A stretch of DNA of 64,000 nt from Negaprion brevirostris (GCA_030324005.1 JARDVH010000059.1:68379957-68443956), one strand, 5' to 3'. Shown: positions 24,100-37,370, counted from the stretch's first letter. Notes: generated by a model not told the origin, from the letters alone. A program made the numbers and translations.

Positions 24100-24700
24100 A
24101 GGAATTTAAACGCACCGTTTAAAAAACTAATCAACTGAACACAGAATACATGCCGAGTACAATCCACTGCAAAAGAAAAGAGGGTTGTGCTGTAAAATGT
24201 TATTTCGCAACCGGTAGATTGCTACAATGAACCGTTTAAATTGCACAGAGGCAGCAAATCTTAGCCACCAGCCTGAATTTCACACCTGATATTTGCATTC
24301 AGGTTGAAATGAGATGCAAGGGCGATTAGGACATTCTTAGTTTGCAAATCCGAAGAGGGTTAAAGGTAAATGCAAACGCTGGTCTCTTTTGTAACAGGGG
24401 AACCAAGTTTCTCCCTTCTCCAAAGGAGATGCGGACGCCCTACCTGCGCTATGCGCGCGGGAAGCAAAGCAACACAACAACTGCTCGCTTTTGTAAAACA
24501 AAAACCCCCTCAACAATCGGGTCCCAAATTACAGCGCGACCCTAAAGACAGATAATTACCGGCTGGTTTCTAAATGAAGGGCCTGGAGCCATTAACCAGT
24601 CAAGGGCAGAAACAAAAGCTCACAATCTTCCGAGAAGAGGAATAGTAATCACAGCCGAGTCTCTCTCAAAAGAAAGAGTTGATGAGGGGACGATTTGGAC
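24100..24700 (-). promoter_or_regulatory. PRDM14: Candidate PRDM14 non-coding first exon / promoter-proximal region
   Basis: The ATG exon has an acceptor, so an upstream exon is required. CpG-rich sequence with candidate donors CCG|gtaatt (exon end 24560) and CAG|gtaggg (~24445); perfect octamer ATTTGCAT at 24291-24298. Confidence 0.4.
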
Positions 24701-26330
24701 CGAAACCCAGAACACTGGGCAGACTTGCCTGAGACTGCCAGCCGTTTCACACATCTGAAAGGAGTTATTATCCCCCAAAAATTCCATCAGTTTTGGGAGG
24801 GGGACTGCAAATCTCCCCATACCCAACCACCCCAGCACCAACAGGCCACAATTATGTTTCCTGAATGTTGTCCGTTTTGGGGGGAATAAACTTGCTGTCA
24901 TTAACCATTGCTGCAGTTTTACTGTTAGCCCAGAAATGACAGTGGGAAATTCTGTAATGAGTCGTTCCCGCCTCCCTCATAATGCAGGACATTGGTGAGG
25001 AATTCACCGTATCCAATTCAAATCTTCATTATACAAACCTTTCAGCACAAAGAAACAAAAGCATTTGTCTCACTACTTTACTGAGCTCCGATGCTGAATG
25101 GGTATAAATCCCATTCGGAATTACATCCACATATTACTAACCACTGACATTAGGAGTTATCATTTTGTAGTTGTACTTGCAACGGTGTGCGCCTGAAACA
25201 GCACACTCTACTCCGTGGAATTTCATTACATAAAGGCCCTTATTTTTAAATGTCTATGACTTCCTCACACATTCTGTCTTCTCGTGTCCCTCTTTATTCC
25301 AAAGTGCCGAGTGGGACGTTAATTCCCGAACGGAAAATGGATATCAAGCAAGCGCGGAAAGTTGCCAATCTAAAGATTAGCTCAAAGAGCAATGAATTCG
25401 ATATTATCCACCGGATCAATATTCGCCAATAATTGAAACAAAACAGGGTCATGACATTTAAATTAAAGAACATCGGGTCAATCGCAGAGGTCTGGAGGAA
25501 CTAGATANNNNNNNNNNNNNNNNNNNNNNNNNNNNNNNNNNNNNNNNNNNNNNNNNNNNNNNNNNNNNNNNNNNNNNNNNNNNNNNNNNNNNNNNNNNNN
25601 NNNNNNNNNNNNNNNNNNNNNNNNNNNNNNNNNNNNNNNNNNNNNNNNNNNNNNNNNNNNNNNNNNNNNNNNNNNNNNNNNNNNNNNNNNNNNNNNNNNN
25701 NNNNNNNNNNNTACCGGCTATAAAGTTCTCTAAATCCTTCAGGACACTGGAAGCAAAGTGTTTTTTGCGAGTTCCTTTTCCATATCAGCTGGCAATGGGG
25801 ATAGCTCTTGTACATTAAGGCTGGATGCGGAACTGCTGTTTTGTGCTTGTGGTCAGCTGAGGGCAGATGGCAAGAGCAGGAGGGGCTGCGGCATATCCCC
25901 TCACCGCAGCTATTGGTCGGAGGCAGAGAGAGAGAGATGTGTCCTCGGGGACTGTACTTTAACACATTAGAACCTCAGAGCTCGCTGACACTGCACCCAC
26001 TGGCCTCGCAAAACAACAACAGCACCAAAGCTGACACCAAGGTGCACTGGGATTTCAGTAGTGTTGGCCTGCCCAGCAATGCCCAGCACAACACCAAAAC
26101 ATCAATTTCAAACCGTCACTCCCTCGCCCCTCTCTCTGGGAAACCAACAGCTGGATGATCCAGATGTATGTACTCGGTCATTTCGCCAAGGTCAGTGGTC
26201 TTGATGGAGAAGCGGAAATTTCGCTTCATCCTGACCAAGATAGAAGATTTCTTAGATAACAAGGAACTCGTGGTTTAGTGTAATTGCTGAAGGTTTAAAT
26301 CAAACACCAACCCCGAACAAGTCTTCCCAC

Positions 26331-26868
26331 ACAGTGATACTAACAAGGTGATATTAACATTGATGCTAACATATAGTGATATTAACATCGTGATACTTAC
26401 ATCGTGATATTTAAATAGTGTTAGTAACATTGATGCTAACATAGTGATATCAACATTGAGATACTAACAATCATAGTAACACAGTGACATTAACAGTGAT
26501 ATTAACAGTGATATTTAAATTGTGTTAGTAACATTGATACTAACATAGTGATAACAACACCGAGATACTAACGATGATAGTAACAGTGGCATGAACACTG
26601 ATATTAACGCAGTGGTATTAACACTGATACAAACAGTGATGTTAACATATACTAACATAGTGGCATTAATAATGATATTAACAGTGATGTTAACATAGTG
26701 ATATTAACAGTGATATTAATATAGTGATATTAAGAGTGATATTAATACTGTTATTAACATAATGACAATAACAGTAATATTGATATAGTGATATCTAGAG
26801 TAAATTCAACCGTGATATTAATATAGTGATATTAAGAGTGATATTAAGACAGTGATATTAACACTGAT
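26331..26868. repeat. Degenerate AT-rich minisatellite, consensus AGTGATATTAAC(AT), 12-14 bp unit
   Basis: Roughly 40 tandem variants are visible; an internal ~104 bp higher-order duplication starts at 26404 and 26508. Confidence 0.9.
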
Positions 26869-27362
26869 TTATCACTTGCCCATATTTATGAAATTTTCAA
26901 TTGATTGATAGATAANNNNNNNNNNAACTGAATCGCAATTGGCACGCCGTTCAAGTATCTTTTTACTAAGTCCTTCTACTCGTTTATCTCCCCGACTGGA
27001 AATGTTTCAAAATGTCACAACGGGGCTTTTATTCGATTGTATACGATCATTAATATACTGGATACTAACTGTTCGATAACGCCCCTAACTACCTGACACA
27101 AGACTACTAAACATAAAGGTTTTGTTAAAAATCTGAAATGCGCTGCAGTGTTCATACTGAAATATGTGGAAAGGCACAAGAAGTGTAATATTTAATCTAA
27201 TATGTCTCCCAGTGGTTACAGAAAGAACTAATTCTGCAAAATAATCTGAAATATAAACGGTGNNNNNNNNNNNNNNNNNNNNNNNNNNNNNNNNNNNNNN
27301 NNNNNNNNNNNNNNNNNNNNNNNNNNNNNNNNNNNNNNNNNNNNNNNNNNNNNNNNNNNNNN

Positions 27363-27435
<73 letters not shown>

Positions 27436-28804
27436 AAAGATTAAATCGGTCAAAGTGACACACGGCTAGTGTGGCTGCAGCGCCGATCGGATTACACAAC
27501 ATATCTCAAATAGTACTGTTTTGCATGAAATGCAAGAATTAAACTGATGGTTGTTTAGTAATTAGAAGAACGGACAGACAGTGATATAGAAAAGTAAGCT
27601 TTAGATTAAAAGGAAAGATTGTTTGGGATACTGACAAATTGTGTCAATTCACAGAAACCATTGCAAAGTATAAAAGCCAAACAGAGTTTTAGGGAGTTTA
27701 AATTAATTCGAATTTCATTAGAAATCCATTTTTAAGTGACAAATGTCTTTTCACGCAGTCAGTATCAGCGATTGTTTACTCCTTTCGAGATTTATTTTTG
27801 TTACTATAAGCCAAGCAAACAATCAAAGTGATCAGATTTGTGTGTTTTGTTTCTAATAATATTCCGCATTCCAAAAACTATAACCGGAAGATTTTTAATT
27901 ATACAATTCACAAAGCCATAGATTTTAAGATCGATAAAACCAAGAGCTACTTGGAATAAAACTGCAAACTGCCGAGGAATTTTAGATAGTTTTTCAGAAA
28001 AAAATCAAAATAAAATGAAATCTCATCTGGTTTTAATACATCGGGTAAGAACTCAACATTTTATGTTCGAAAATGAAATATTATCTAGAAAAATCAACAA
28101 AAGAAATGGTCGTCAGAAAATAATCCACCTTTCGGGACGTTGGATTCCTGGACTTTACACATAAAAAGGGAAACTCAAATGTTTGGATTAGGAATAGGTA
28201 TGTTTGATCCCGTGCCATTAACATCGAAAAATTCTCCTCTTTGGTTGCAGGGTTATCTGAGCAGAGAATATTATCCCTTAAAACAAGCATTCAGTCGCGA
28301 TAGGAGAAAACTAATCACAAAATGCTAAACACAGGGAATTGGAAATGAGAGAGATTGCTGGACAAACTGTGGGATAAGAGGTCAGTCAGCACTGCTGAAA
28401 GGATCAGATGTATATACAGCATTTCACCAGGTCAGAGGGACTGCCTGATAGAAAGGTTATACCTGGATATCTGGCTGTGTTACTTTCTGGTCCTGTTTGC
28501 AAACGCACTAGATGCGCACTAGAAAAATAATTCAACTTCCTCAATGAAAATACACCGTTTTTATACCGTTGACTGATGAGGTTTGAAGGTATTGGAATTG
28601 AAATGGCTCCGTTTCTTTTTTAAAAAAATCATTTTCTTACTTATTTCGAGCGTTATCCGTGGTACCAAAGTAAAAAAAAATGCAATCTTGTGCTTTGTGA
28701 CCTCTTCTTAAGGTGGGTGGGGGTATGAGGGTCGCGGGCAGAGTGTCTCAACTTTCACTGAAGAGTTAAAATAACCACCTCAAACCCGCAGTTAATGTAT
28801 CCAA

Positions 28805-28932
28805 ACACACACATATATTATATATCACATAATATACATAAATAGTATATAAATAGAATTCACCAATTGATATTATTTATCTATTTATAGATAGATAGGT
28901 ATATATAATATATATATACACACACATACACA
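28805..28932. repeat. Low-complexity (CA)/(TA) microsatellite-like tract
   Basis: acacacacatatattatatatc...atatataatatatatatacacacacatacaca. Confidence 0.6.
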
Positions 28933-29805
28933 TAGAACTCACCAAGTGAGACCTTGATGGAAATCGAGGAAAACTGTCCATTGCATTCAGCTGATTTCAG
29001 AACAGCAGACTCCAGTGAAATGAATCCTCGAGCCCCAACGAGTACACACAGCACTGGCTATCAGCTCTGCCTCGTGATGGGCGAGTGTTGTTCTCTCGAC
29101 TCAACGTGTAACCAAACAAATGCTAATGATAATTTTCATCCGATAAAACGGAATGATTGATCAAAGCTTTATGGAAGTGACATTCAAAAAAAAAGTGCTG
29201 TTATTCTCTGTTTTAGTGTGGTGCATTGTGAGCCAGGTTAACCCCCAGCTGAAAGGGAATTCTCCCCAGCCCTCTAACCGAGAGGGAAAACCCAAGGAAT
29301 TAGCCCGCAAACATACTATTCACTATCACAAAATGCTTAAGTTAAGAAAATACAGAATTAGAAGTTGTTGCGCCTTATTAATTTTGCCCCAAACATTCGC
29401 TATTGTGCACCACCCCAAAATATTGGATTCCTAGAGGAGATGAAAACCTCATGGATAAAACTCACAGTACCTGGGAGTGTCTTGTAGCCCCAGAGGTGGC
29501 CAGCTGCAGGTATCCCAGCTGTCAATGGACTGCCACGGCCTAAAACATTGAGCTGCTGGCATTCAGTAAATGTATTTCTACACGCTGTAATTGCCCCAAG
29601 CAGTTACCAGTTCTTGAATGAAAAGAAATTACATTCTTTTCAGCCATTGTTGGATTCTCACCACTGTTCCTTCTTGAATCCTTCAACCAGACATTCAGAT
29701 CACTGTATAAAAGACCACTGTGCCCTTTTTATTATCTTCCTTATGTATCTACTTTCTCTCTCAATCCCCTCCTCTGACCCCCAGTATCACACAGGTGATC
29801 TAGAT

Positions 29806-30695
29806 GGTGGGGGTGATTCTGGGCCTGCACACTCCTTCTGTGGTAATGGTGGTGCATGCTCAAAATCCAGAGAGACTTGGAAAGTCTGACTTGCGCCGGC
29901 GAGTTTCTGCGCTCTGATCTTCTAGCCCCCTCATCGGCAGACCAATGCGAANNNNNNNNNNNNNGGACTCATTTTCATCCATTATCATGCCATCAGTGAG
30001 CACTCTGGGTCTTTTGTCCTCACCAAATACTCAGCTGGCACCGGTGTGACATCACACTGGCAACATTTACAACAGGTTCACCGAGACACAAAGCTGTCAT
30101 GGGGGTCTCCCTGGAGTGTAAAGGTGAGTGTAGCCCCCTCAGAAAGGGAAATGGCTAGGGCAGTGCCCATTGGCACAATTTGACACCATGTCCAGGCCAA
30201 CATGGCAGTATCAACCTGGCAGTGCCAATCTGTGTCAAGGAGCAGGCCTTGTGGGAGGCTTGTGGGGGAGGGGGAATTTATTCAGATTTGTTAGTGGGCT
30301 GGGAGTAGATGGAGGAGCAGGGGATGCTGACAATGGCAGTTGGGGGGCGCAGGGTCAGTGGGGATGCTGGCTCTGACAGTGGGTGGAGTGAGAGTGATGA
30401 TCAGGGAGAAGGCGCCAATGATTAAGGGTAGAAATAGGGAAACCTAAGACCTCTGTGGTGGTCTGGGGGTGGGGGTGAAAGATTTGTTTTGATGAGGTTT
30501 CCCCCCAGTAAGTTTAGCCAGGCTATACCAGTGCTTGGGACATGATGGGGCAAGAAGGGAACACTGCAAACATTTTGCTCCTGTCCATACCTGTGCTGGA
30601 ATTCTACCATCCTGCCCACCATGGAATCAGAGTGGGCGAGGGGTGGACAACAGAAATATCCATTGACTTTGGGTGAGAATTCCCAAACTTGCCCC
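29806..30695. mobile_element. GC-rich non-autonomous DNA-transposon-like repeat
   Basis: Abrupt GC-rich block with internal motifs (GGGCAGTGCC, GGCAGTGCCAA) shared with the 13528-14349 element; ends approximate. Confidence 0.45.
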
Positions 30696-32049
30696 ACATA
30701 TGTTTTTTGGGAAATAGGGTGTCCTATTTAAAATCAGGGCTTTTATTTCCCTAGATATAGATAGCTTGTAGGTTCAACTGTTGCTGTCCCGCTGCTGTGA
30801 GAGCTGAAATCAGCTAATACAGGAAATTGAACCAGGGACCTTCCTTGCTGAATGACTCAATTAGTCCCTCACTTAACCAGCTGAGACAAGAGGGATCATA
30901 CACATCATCACTTCCAATTTGCTCTTATTGAGGCAATTTTAAATCCAATTTGCTGAATTGTCTTTAATTCTATATTCCTTTACCTTCTTTAAAATCCCCA
31001 AATCATAAAATACCTGCTGAAATTCTACATATATTTTATTCACCTTACCAATTCATTTAGTTCAAAGAATCCCAGTAGGTTTGTGAGGCCCAACCCATTT
31101 CTTTTATGGTTCTAGATTAACAGGCCTATTTAAATTCTATTTAAAATCAGCAAATTACGTAAAGCATTTAATACACTTGGTTACAGTTTTCACAGTTACA
31201 AAATGCTTAAAATGTTAGTTGAAGTCTTGCCAATATTTCCATCTCTGTTTCATTCAGCATCTAAGCAAGTTGATTACTTTGTTTGGATAGCCTATATTCA
31301 ATTCTATGCTTCCCTGTTTTTTTGTTTATGTTTTTGATTCCTGAGTCAATGTGACTGGTTCTGCGTCTTCAAAATAAATAATTAATTTCAGATGCTTGCT
31401 TCCAGTTTACAATTCTGTGCTGTAAAAAAATATAATTTGTCACCAGGACAATTAATCACATCCAATTTAAATAAATATATTTCAGCATTTGAACATATAT
31501 TGTATATGTCACTTTTTTCATTCTTTACTTGTCTTAAAGTGCCATCTATTGGTTGTTTTTTTTCATACAAATTATCAATGTACAGCTACAGTCAATAGAT
31601 TATTTTGTCACCTTCAGAATAGTTATTATTAACATTACTTCGGAGGATACCCTACAGGAGGTCTAGTTCAGTTTAACTACCTCAAGTAGAGCAAACAATC
31701 TCCTCGAGGATCAAATCCAACCGAGCATAAATAAATCTAAACTCCTCCTCTTCACCACGAACAGCTACTCATAGCCCTCCCTCTTCCACATCATCCATCC
31801 TCACATCTGATACTAAATGCAAGGAGCTCTTTGTTTCTAAACTCAAGGCAATCTGCACAGCTGCTTCTGCTTCCCATTTCGTTGGCCCTCAGTCTTCCAT
31901 GATCCCCTCCCAATTCTTCATAGTGCTGCCCCCAAGTTCCTCATTAAAGTAATTCCTTATAGAGCAAAGGCAGCCATCCACCTTGTTGTGTCTGTACCTC
32001 CTCAATGCTAGATAAATCCAAATCTAATTCCCTTGTAGCACCATGATTT

Positions 32050-32485
32050 AATTGGCAGCACTCTTGCTTCTGAGTTCAAGCCCTACTCTAGGCATTCACT
32101 CCATAAGAATCAGCACTACCATCCCAACGCAGTACTGAGGGAGCGCAGCACTGTTGGAGCTGTTGCCTTTCAGATAATACGTTAAACTCAGGTCCCATCT
32201 TGATACTCAGGTCGATGCAAAAGGCCCTTGTGACATTGTTTTGAGGAGGAGCAAGGGAATTACCACTGGTGTCCTGGCCAATATTTATCACTCAATCAAC
32301 TTCACAAAAACAGATATTCTGGCCATTACCACTTTGCTGTTTGTGGGAGCTTGCTGTGTACAAATTGGCTGCTGCATTTCCTACATTACAACAGAGATAA
32401 CACCTCAAAAAGTATTTCATTGGCTGTAAAGTGCTTTAAGACATCTGTTAGTCATGAAGAGTGGTAGAGAAACGCAAGTCTTTTT
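32050..32485 (+). mobile_element. Deu-domain SINE (SacSINE1-like), near full length
   Basis: GCAGTACTGAGGGAGCGCAGCACTGTTGGAG...GGTGTCCTGGCCAATATTTATC...TTTGTGGGAGCTTGCTGTG...TTGGCTGTAAAGTGCTTT, the Deu-domain/L2-tail layout. Confidence 0.75.
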
Positions 32486-32799
32486 TAAATTAATATTTAT
32501 CAATTTTCCTTTAAAAGGTGCAATAGTCTCTTTCTCATCCAATCCTTGTGACAAATAATTCTATGCTGTAACAGCATGCTGCCTTAAGTAATATTTCCTA
32601 ATGTCCTTCATTTTCTTAGAAATGATTTTATGTTGATAGCACCTCATCACTGACTCCATCCAAACGAGTACCCACTATCACAATCATAATTAAAAACCCT
32701 GTACTGAATCTCCAGTCTCTCTACACTTGTGGAAATAGTGTATTAACTCGCTCCTCATAACCAACGTTTATCAAGTCTGATATTATCTTGGTAAATCAC

Positions 32800-33160
32800 T
32801 GAATCCAGCCTCCCATTCATTGACTCAGTTTACACTTCCCGCTGCCTTGGCAAAGCAGCCAGCATAATTAAGGGCCCCATGCACCATGAGCATTTTCTCT
32901 TCCGCCCCCTTCCACCAAGAAAGAGATACAAAAGTCTGAGGTCACATATCAACTGACTTCTTCCTTGCTGCCACCAGATTTTTGAATGAACCTACTTTGT
33001 ATTAAGTTAATCTTTCTCTACACCCTAGCTATGACTGTAACGCTACATTCTGCACTCTCGTTTCTTTCTCCATGTACTGTATGCTTTGTCTGCATAATGT
33101 GCAAGAAACAATACTTTTCACTGTACAATACACGTGACAATAATAAATCAGATCAAATCA
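32800..33160 (+). mobile_element. Rex1/Babar-clade LINE 3' end
   Basis: Decayed frame resembling IIKDPTHPGHSLFxxLPSGKRYKSL...FFPAAxRLLN, then TTTTCACTGTAC...GTGACAATAATAAATCA tail. Confidence 0.7.
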
Positions 33161-34920
33161 TCTTCTAACTCTCTTCCCATTTTTGTGAGCTGCATGTTTC
33201 TTCCTGAGGACTTTTCACTATTTGTGCAACTCCCTACTAGCCCCTGAGGTGCACTATTTCTTAATCTTCTTTAATCTAAGCAACATGCATTCATCCTGAC
33301 TCATTATTTCATATCAGTCAGCAACAGTCTATGCACGCTGCTGCATTTCTTCCTATCTGAAATTTCAAACACGTCTTCTGAAATCTAAATGCATAGGAAT
33401 TATGATCTCTATTATAACTTTATTTAGTTTTTATTTTCTCCCTATTTTCTCTCCCTCTGATAGTTCAATCTTTATTTGTTTCTCTATTTCTCTTTCTGTG
33501 CCCGGTTTGATATTTAATTCACTCACTCGAATTTACATTTCCTTCTTCGTTCCTGAGCTATTAGTTCCCAATTTTTCTGACTGCTGGTTTAGGAAATGTA
33601 TAGTTAATTGTCCTGCTGCCCTCATTGTGATGTTACCAGTTCGCAGTAAAGTTTCAGTAACTTGCCATATATAAAAAATTGAAGGGCTTCAGGGAAAAAG
33701 TGGCACTAGGTGAATTGCTCTCACAGTGAGCCTACACACAATTGGCCTCCTTCTGTGCTATAACCATTCTGTGATTCTACGAAGCTAAACATGAAAGGCA
33801 AGTCGAACTAATGGTAAGCACCATTAGATTCATCCCCTACAGCAAATTACCACCCAGTGTTACCTGCTTCCTTTATTACCTCTTTTCTTTAAGCTTTTTA
33901 ATCTCCTATTTAATCCCCTCCCCCACCCCACACATTCTGTATTTACCAGTTTATTTTACGTAGTTAGCCCAAATTTTATCATTTTCTTTCTTTTCAAATT
34001 CAGTTTAGTTTTAATTTCGATTCATTCAAGCAATTCTTCTTTAATGCCCTACGTCTCCCCATGCAGGAATGAAGTTACCTTGTATTCATTCAATTTCATA
34101 TTCAAAATTTCATACTGCTGATCCATCATTGACATTTTGGTCCAATTAATTTGGGACTGATCCCTTTTTATCTTATTATACTTTGCCCTGACATTCTTAC
34201 CTTAGACCTCGCATTGTGCTTTTATATTCTTACATTAAACCATTTGCCATTTTCCAGTTATTATTTTATTCATATGTCAGTTACTTCCCCACTCCATTTC
34301 CCAGAACTAAAGCAAACAGTGCTTCTTTCATTGTGCTTTGGAAACATACCTCGGTAGGAAACAGTTCTGGATGAATTCTAAAAGATGTTCCTGTTTTGAC
34401 AGCTTGCATTAACTTCATTGCAGTTTATCTCAGAATCATTGCTAACTTAGTCAGCAAAACAAAACATTTCTCATCACCCCATTTTCAAAATTATTTACTT
34501 TCCTTTTGCATCACTCTCTCAAATATCTGCAGATCTTCACCACTATGATGCCTCTAAACATTTAACTCTTGTAATGCAAACTAAAATTAGTACATTTCTC
34601 CTTCCTATTTCTTGACTGCACATGGATTCTATCTTAACACCATGCCCCAGAGAATACTTATATTCCAGAACAGAAAACTCAACTGCCCTATCTTTCCCAA
34701 AAGTAAGAGGTTCCAAGTCTTGCCAAACTTAAGCAATGTTTCTATCACATTTACTAGATCATATCCCTCCATAAGTTTTAATGCTTCTAATTTTCCAACA
34801 TTGATGCTTTGAATGCTCACATATTACTCATTTCTGACTCAAATTGTTTGGTATATTCACAATTATACTTTCCTCTGGATTTTCATTTTATCTTCTAATA
34901 TACTGCGCTCCTTCAATAAA

Positions 34921-35497
34921 TTGGCACAGTGGTTAGCAGTGTTGCCTCACAGCATCAGGGACCCAGGTTCAAAACTCACATGGACACAGGAAGAGCATGT
35001 AGAATCTGCACTATTTGTGTAGAGTCTACATGTTCTCCCAGCGTCCATGTGGGTTTCCTCCAGGTGCTTCGGTTTCATAGAACATAGAACATTACAGCGC
35101 AGTACAGGCCCTTCGGCCCTCAATGTTGCGCCGACCAGTGGAACCAATCTAATNNNNNNNNNNNNNNNNNNNNNNNNNNNNNNNNNNNNNNNNNNNNNNN
35201 NNNNNNNNNNNNNNNNNNNNNNNNNNNNNNNNNNNNNNNNNNNNNNNNNNNNNGTCTGTGTGGAGTTTGCACATTCTCCTTGTGTCTGTGTGGGTTTCCT
35301 CTGGGTACTCTGGTTTCCTCCCACAGTCCAAAGATGTGTGGGTTAGTTTGATTGGCTGTGCTAAGAAATTACCCCTTAGAGTCCAGGGATGTGTACATTA
35401 GAGGGATTAATGGGTGGGATATGGGGATAGGGACTGGGTGGGATTGTGTTTGGTGCAGACTCGAAGGGCCTCTTTCTGCACTGTAGGGTTCTATGAT
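34921..35497 (+). mobile_element. HE1-like V-SINE pieces flanking a minus-strand CR1 3' end and an N gap
   Basis: Head GGCACAGTGGTTAGCAGTGTTGCCTCACAGC at 34923; CATAGAACATAGAAC LINE tail at ~35076; V-domain and tail at 35254-35497. Confidence 0.8.
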
Positions 35498-35504
35498 TAT
35501 CTCT

Positions 35505-35600
35505 TTGTTGGTAAGAAGTCTGACAACACCAGGTTTAAGTCCAACCGATTTATTTGATAGTAAACTCGCAAGCTTCGGGGTTTGCTCCTTCATCAGGTGA
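35505..35600 (-). mobile_element. Penelope-like element terminal fragment (family A) with a degenerate hammerhead motif
   Basis: Homologous to 38188-38262 and 55145-55270; the minus strand reads TCAC-CTGATGA-AGGAGCAAACCCC-GAA-GCTT-GCGA. Confidence 0.75.
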
Positions 35601-36245
35601 AGGGACACATCTATATTTTAAATTCAACTATCCATTTATATTTTAAATTCAACCATACTGTGATCATTTCTTCTGAAAGGATTCCTAACTGTAAGATCAT
35701 TAATTATTCTGTCTCCTTTTTTTTGTTTGTTTTTATTCCAATTCAATCCAATCAAGTCCAATTCAGAATCTCAACAAGTTGAGATATTCCTGATCCAAGC
35801 TGACAAGACAAGTCTTTCACCTCCTGTCTTGGGCGTGATCTACATGATCCAAGCTGATTGGAGTAGGCATAGCTCCTCTTCCAAGGCTTGATCTCATTTG
35901 CATCTTGCCGCTTTAAAAAATTGCTTCTAATGAAGCTGAAATGTAACCCAATGACTTCAACCAAGCACAGCATGTTGATACTACACTTGGTCTTAGCCAT
36001 AACTTGCTCTCTCATAAGTACCATTAAATACTGTTCAAGGAAGCTATCGTGGATACATTCTATGAACTCCTTCTCAAGGCTGCCTTAACCGACTTGGTTT
36101 GACCAATTGATATATAGCTTAAAATCCCCCACGATAATTGCTGTACCATTTTTACATGCATCAGTTATTTCTTTGTTTATTTCTCACTCCATCATGATGT
36201 TATTATTTGTGGCCTAAAAACTATGCCTATCAGTGACTTTTTCTC

Positions 36246-36527
36246 ACAGAATCATAGACACCCTACAGTGCAGAAAGAGGCCGTTTGGCTCATCAAGTTT
36301 GCACCGACCACAATCCCACCCAGGCCCTACCCCCCTATCCCTACATATTTTACCCACTAATCCCTCTAACCTACGCATCTCAGGGCACTAAGAGGCAATT
36401 TTTAGCATGGCCAATCAACCTAACCTGCACATCTTTGGACTGTAGGAGGAAACCGGAGCACCTGGAGGAAACCTGTGCAGACACAAAGAGAATGTGCAAA
36501 CTTCACACAGACAGTAACCCAAGCCAG
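36246..36527 (-). mobile_element. HE1-like V-SINE, 5'-truncated
   Basis: V-domain and CR1-like tail (CACAGAATCATAGACACCCTACAGTGCAG). Confidence 0.85.
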
Positions 36528-37370
36528 GTTACTATGCTGCATAAATAAATGAACAAGGAATGTAACAGTGTGGAAAATGGAATGAAATGTTAGATCTCTG
36601 CCTGTTGTGTATCTGATATTGCTTAGCATTCCAATATGTAGGAAAAACCGGGAGCTTGATGAAATTTTCAATAGAGCAGAAGTGATGTCAGTTAGGTGTG
36701 CAGGCCAAAATCTGGCCTCTACTCGTTCAAAACATTATGGTTTAATTCGGGTTGCTGGGCCATGTTTGAAGAGTAGCAATTTACAGATATGATTGGATTT
36801 CTTTTGATAGAGTTTTACTGATTTTGTTTATTTGTTATTTGTGGGCAAAAAGAATTGGAGATTGATTACTGGTCACCCCAGTTTTTGAAAGCAACCAAGA
36901 TTTGCATGGGTTCAAATCCCACGGTGCGCTTTCTGCAGTCCTGCAGCATGTTTCACGTCACTCCACCAGCGAGTGGCCAGGGAGATCGGAACTTGGAAAC
37001 TCATTGGTGCTTTCCAGATTCTGAGCATGCTGCCATCCTGCAGACAGAGGGGCTGGGCTCTAAATCACCCTCTATTACCCCTTTCCCAATAGGAGGAGAC
37101 TTCAGGTTCCCCTTAACATCACCACCAGCACCCTACATCACCGTCCAGTGAAGAATTTCCCCAAGTCACATTGTTTGTATAGTTAGGTATTTGCATACTT
37201 CTGCATGCAAGTGGCATTTATGAACAGTAAGCTACCAATTTATTAATGTGCAGCTGAAGGAGATCATAGAGGTCAATGGCCTTTCCCCAGTAATAATTAT
37301 GATGCCTTAGTTTTAAGGCATTCCACATTGTATGGATTATTTGACCTTGAAACAAAAATATGGAATTAGG

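Noticed and set aside
26331-26868. Repeat array as a CRISPR-like locus
   Set aside because: Short degenerate tandem units with no unique spacers, in eukaryotic DNA.
27363-27433. Poly-C run giving poly-Gly/poly-Pro ORFs and a possible G-quadruplex
   Set aside because: Directly abuts an N gap; likely a poly-G sequencing or assembly artefact. The same caution applies to 7484-7531.
29486-29505. CTCF-like CCCAGAGGTGGC
   Set aside because: Only the AGGTGGC core matches; several consensus positions fail.
34923-34975. tRNA-like A/B boxes
   Set aside because: SINE heads, not foldable tRNA genes.
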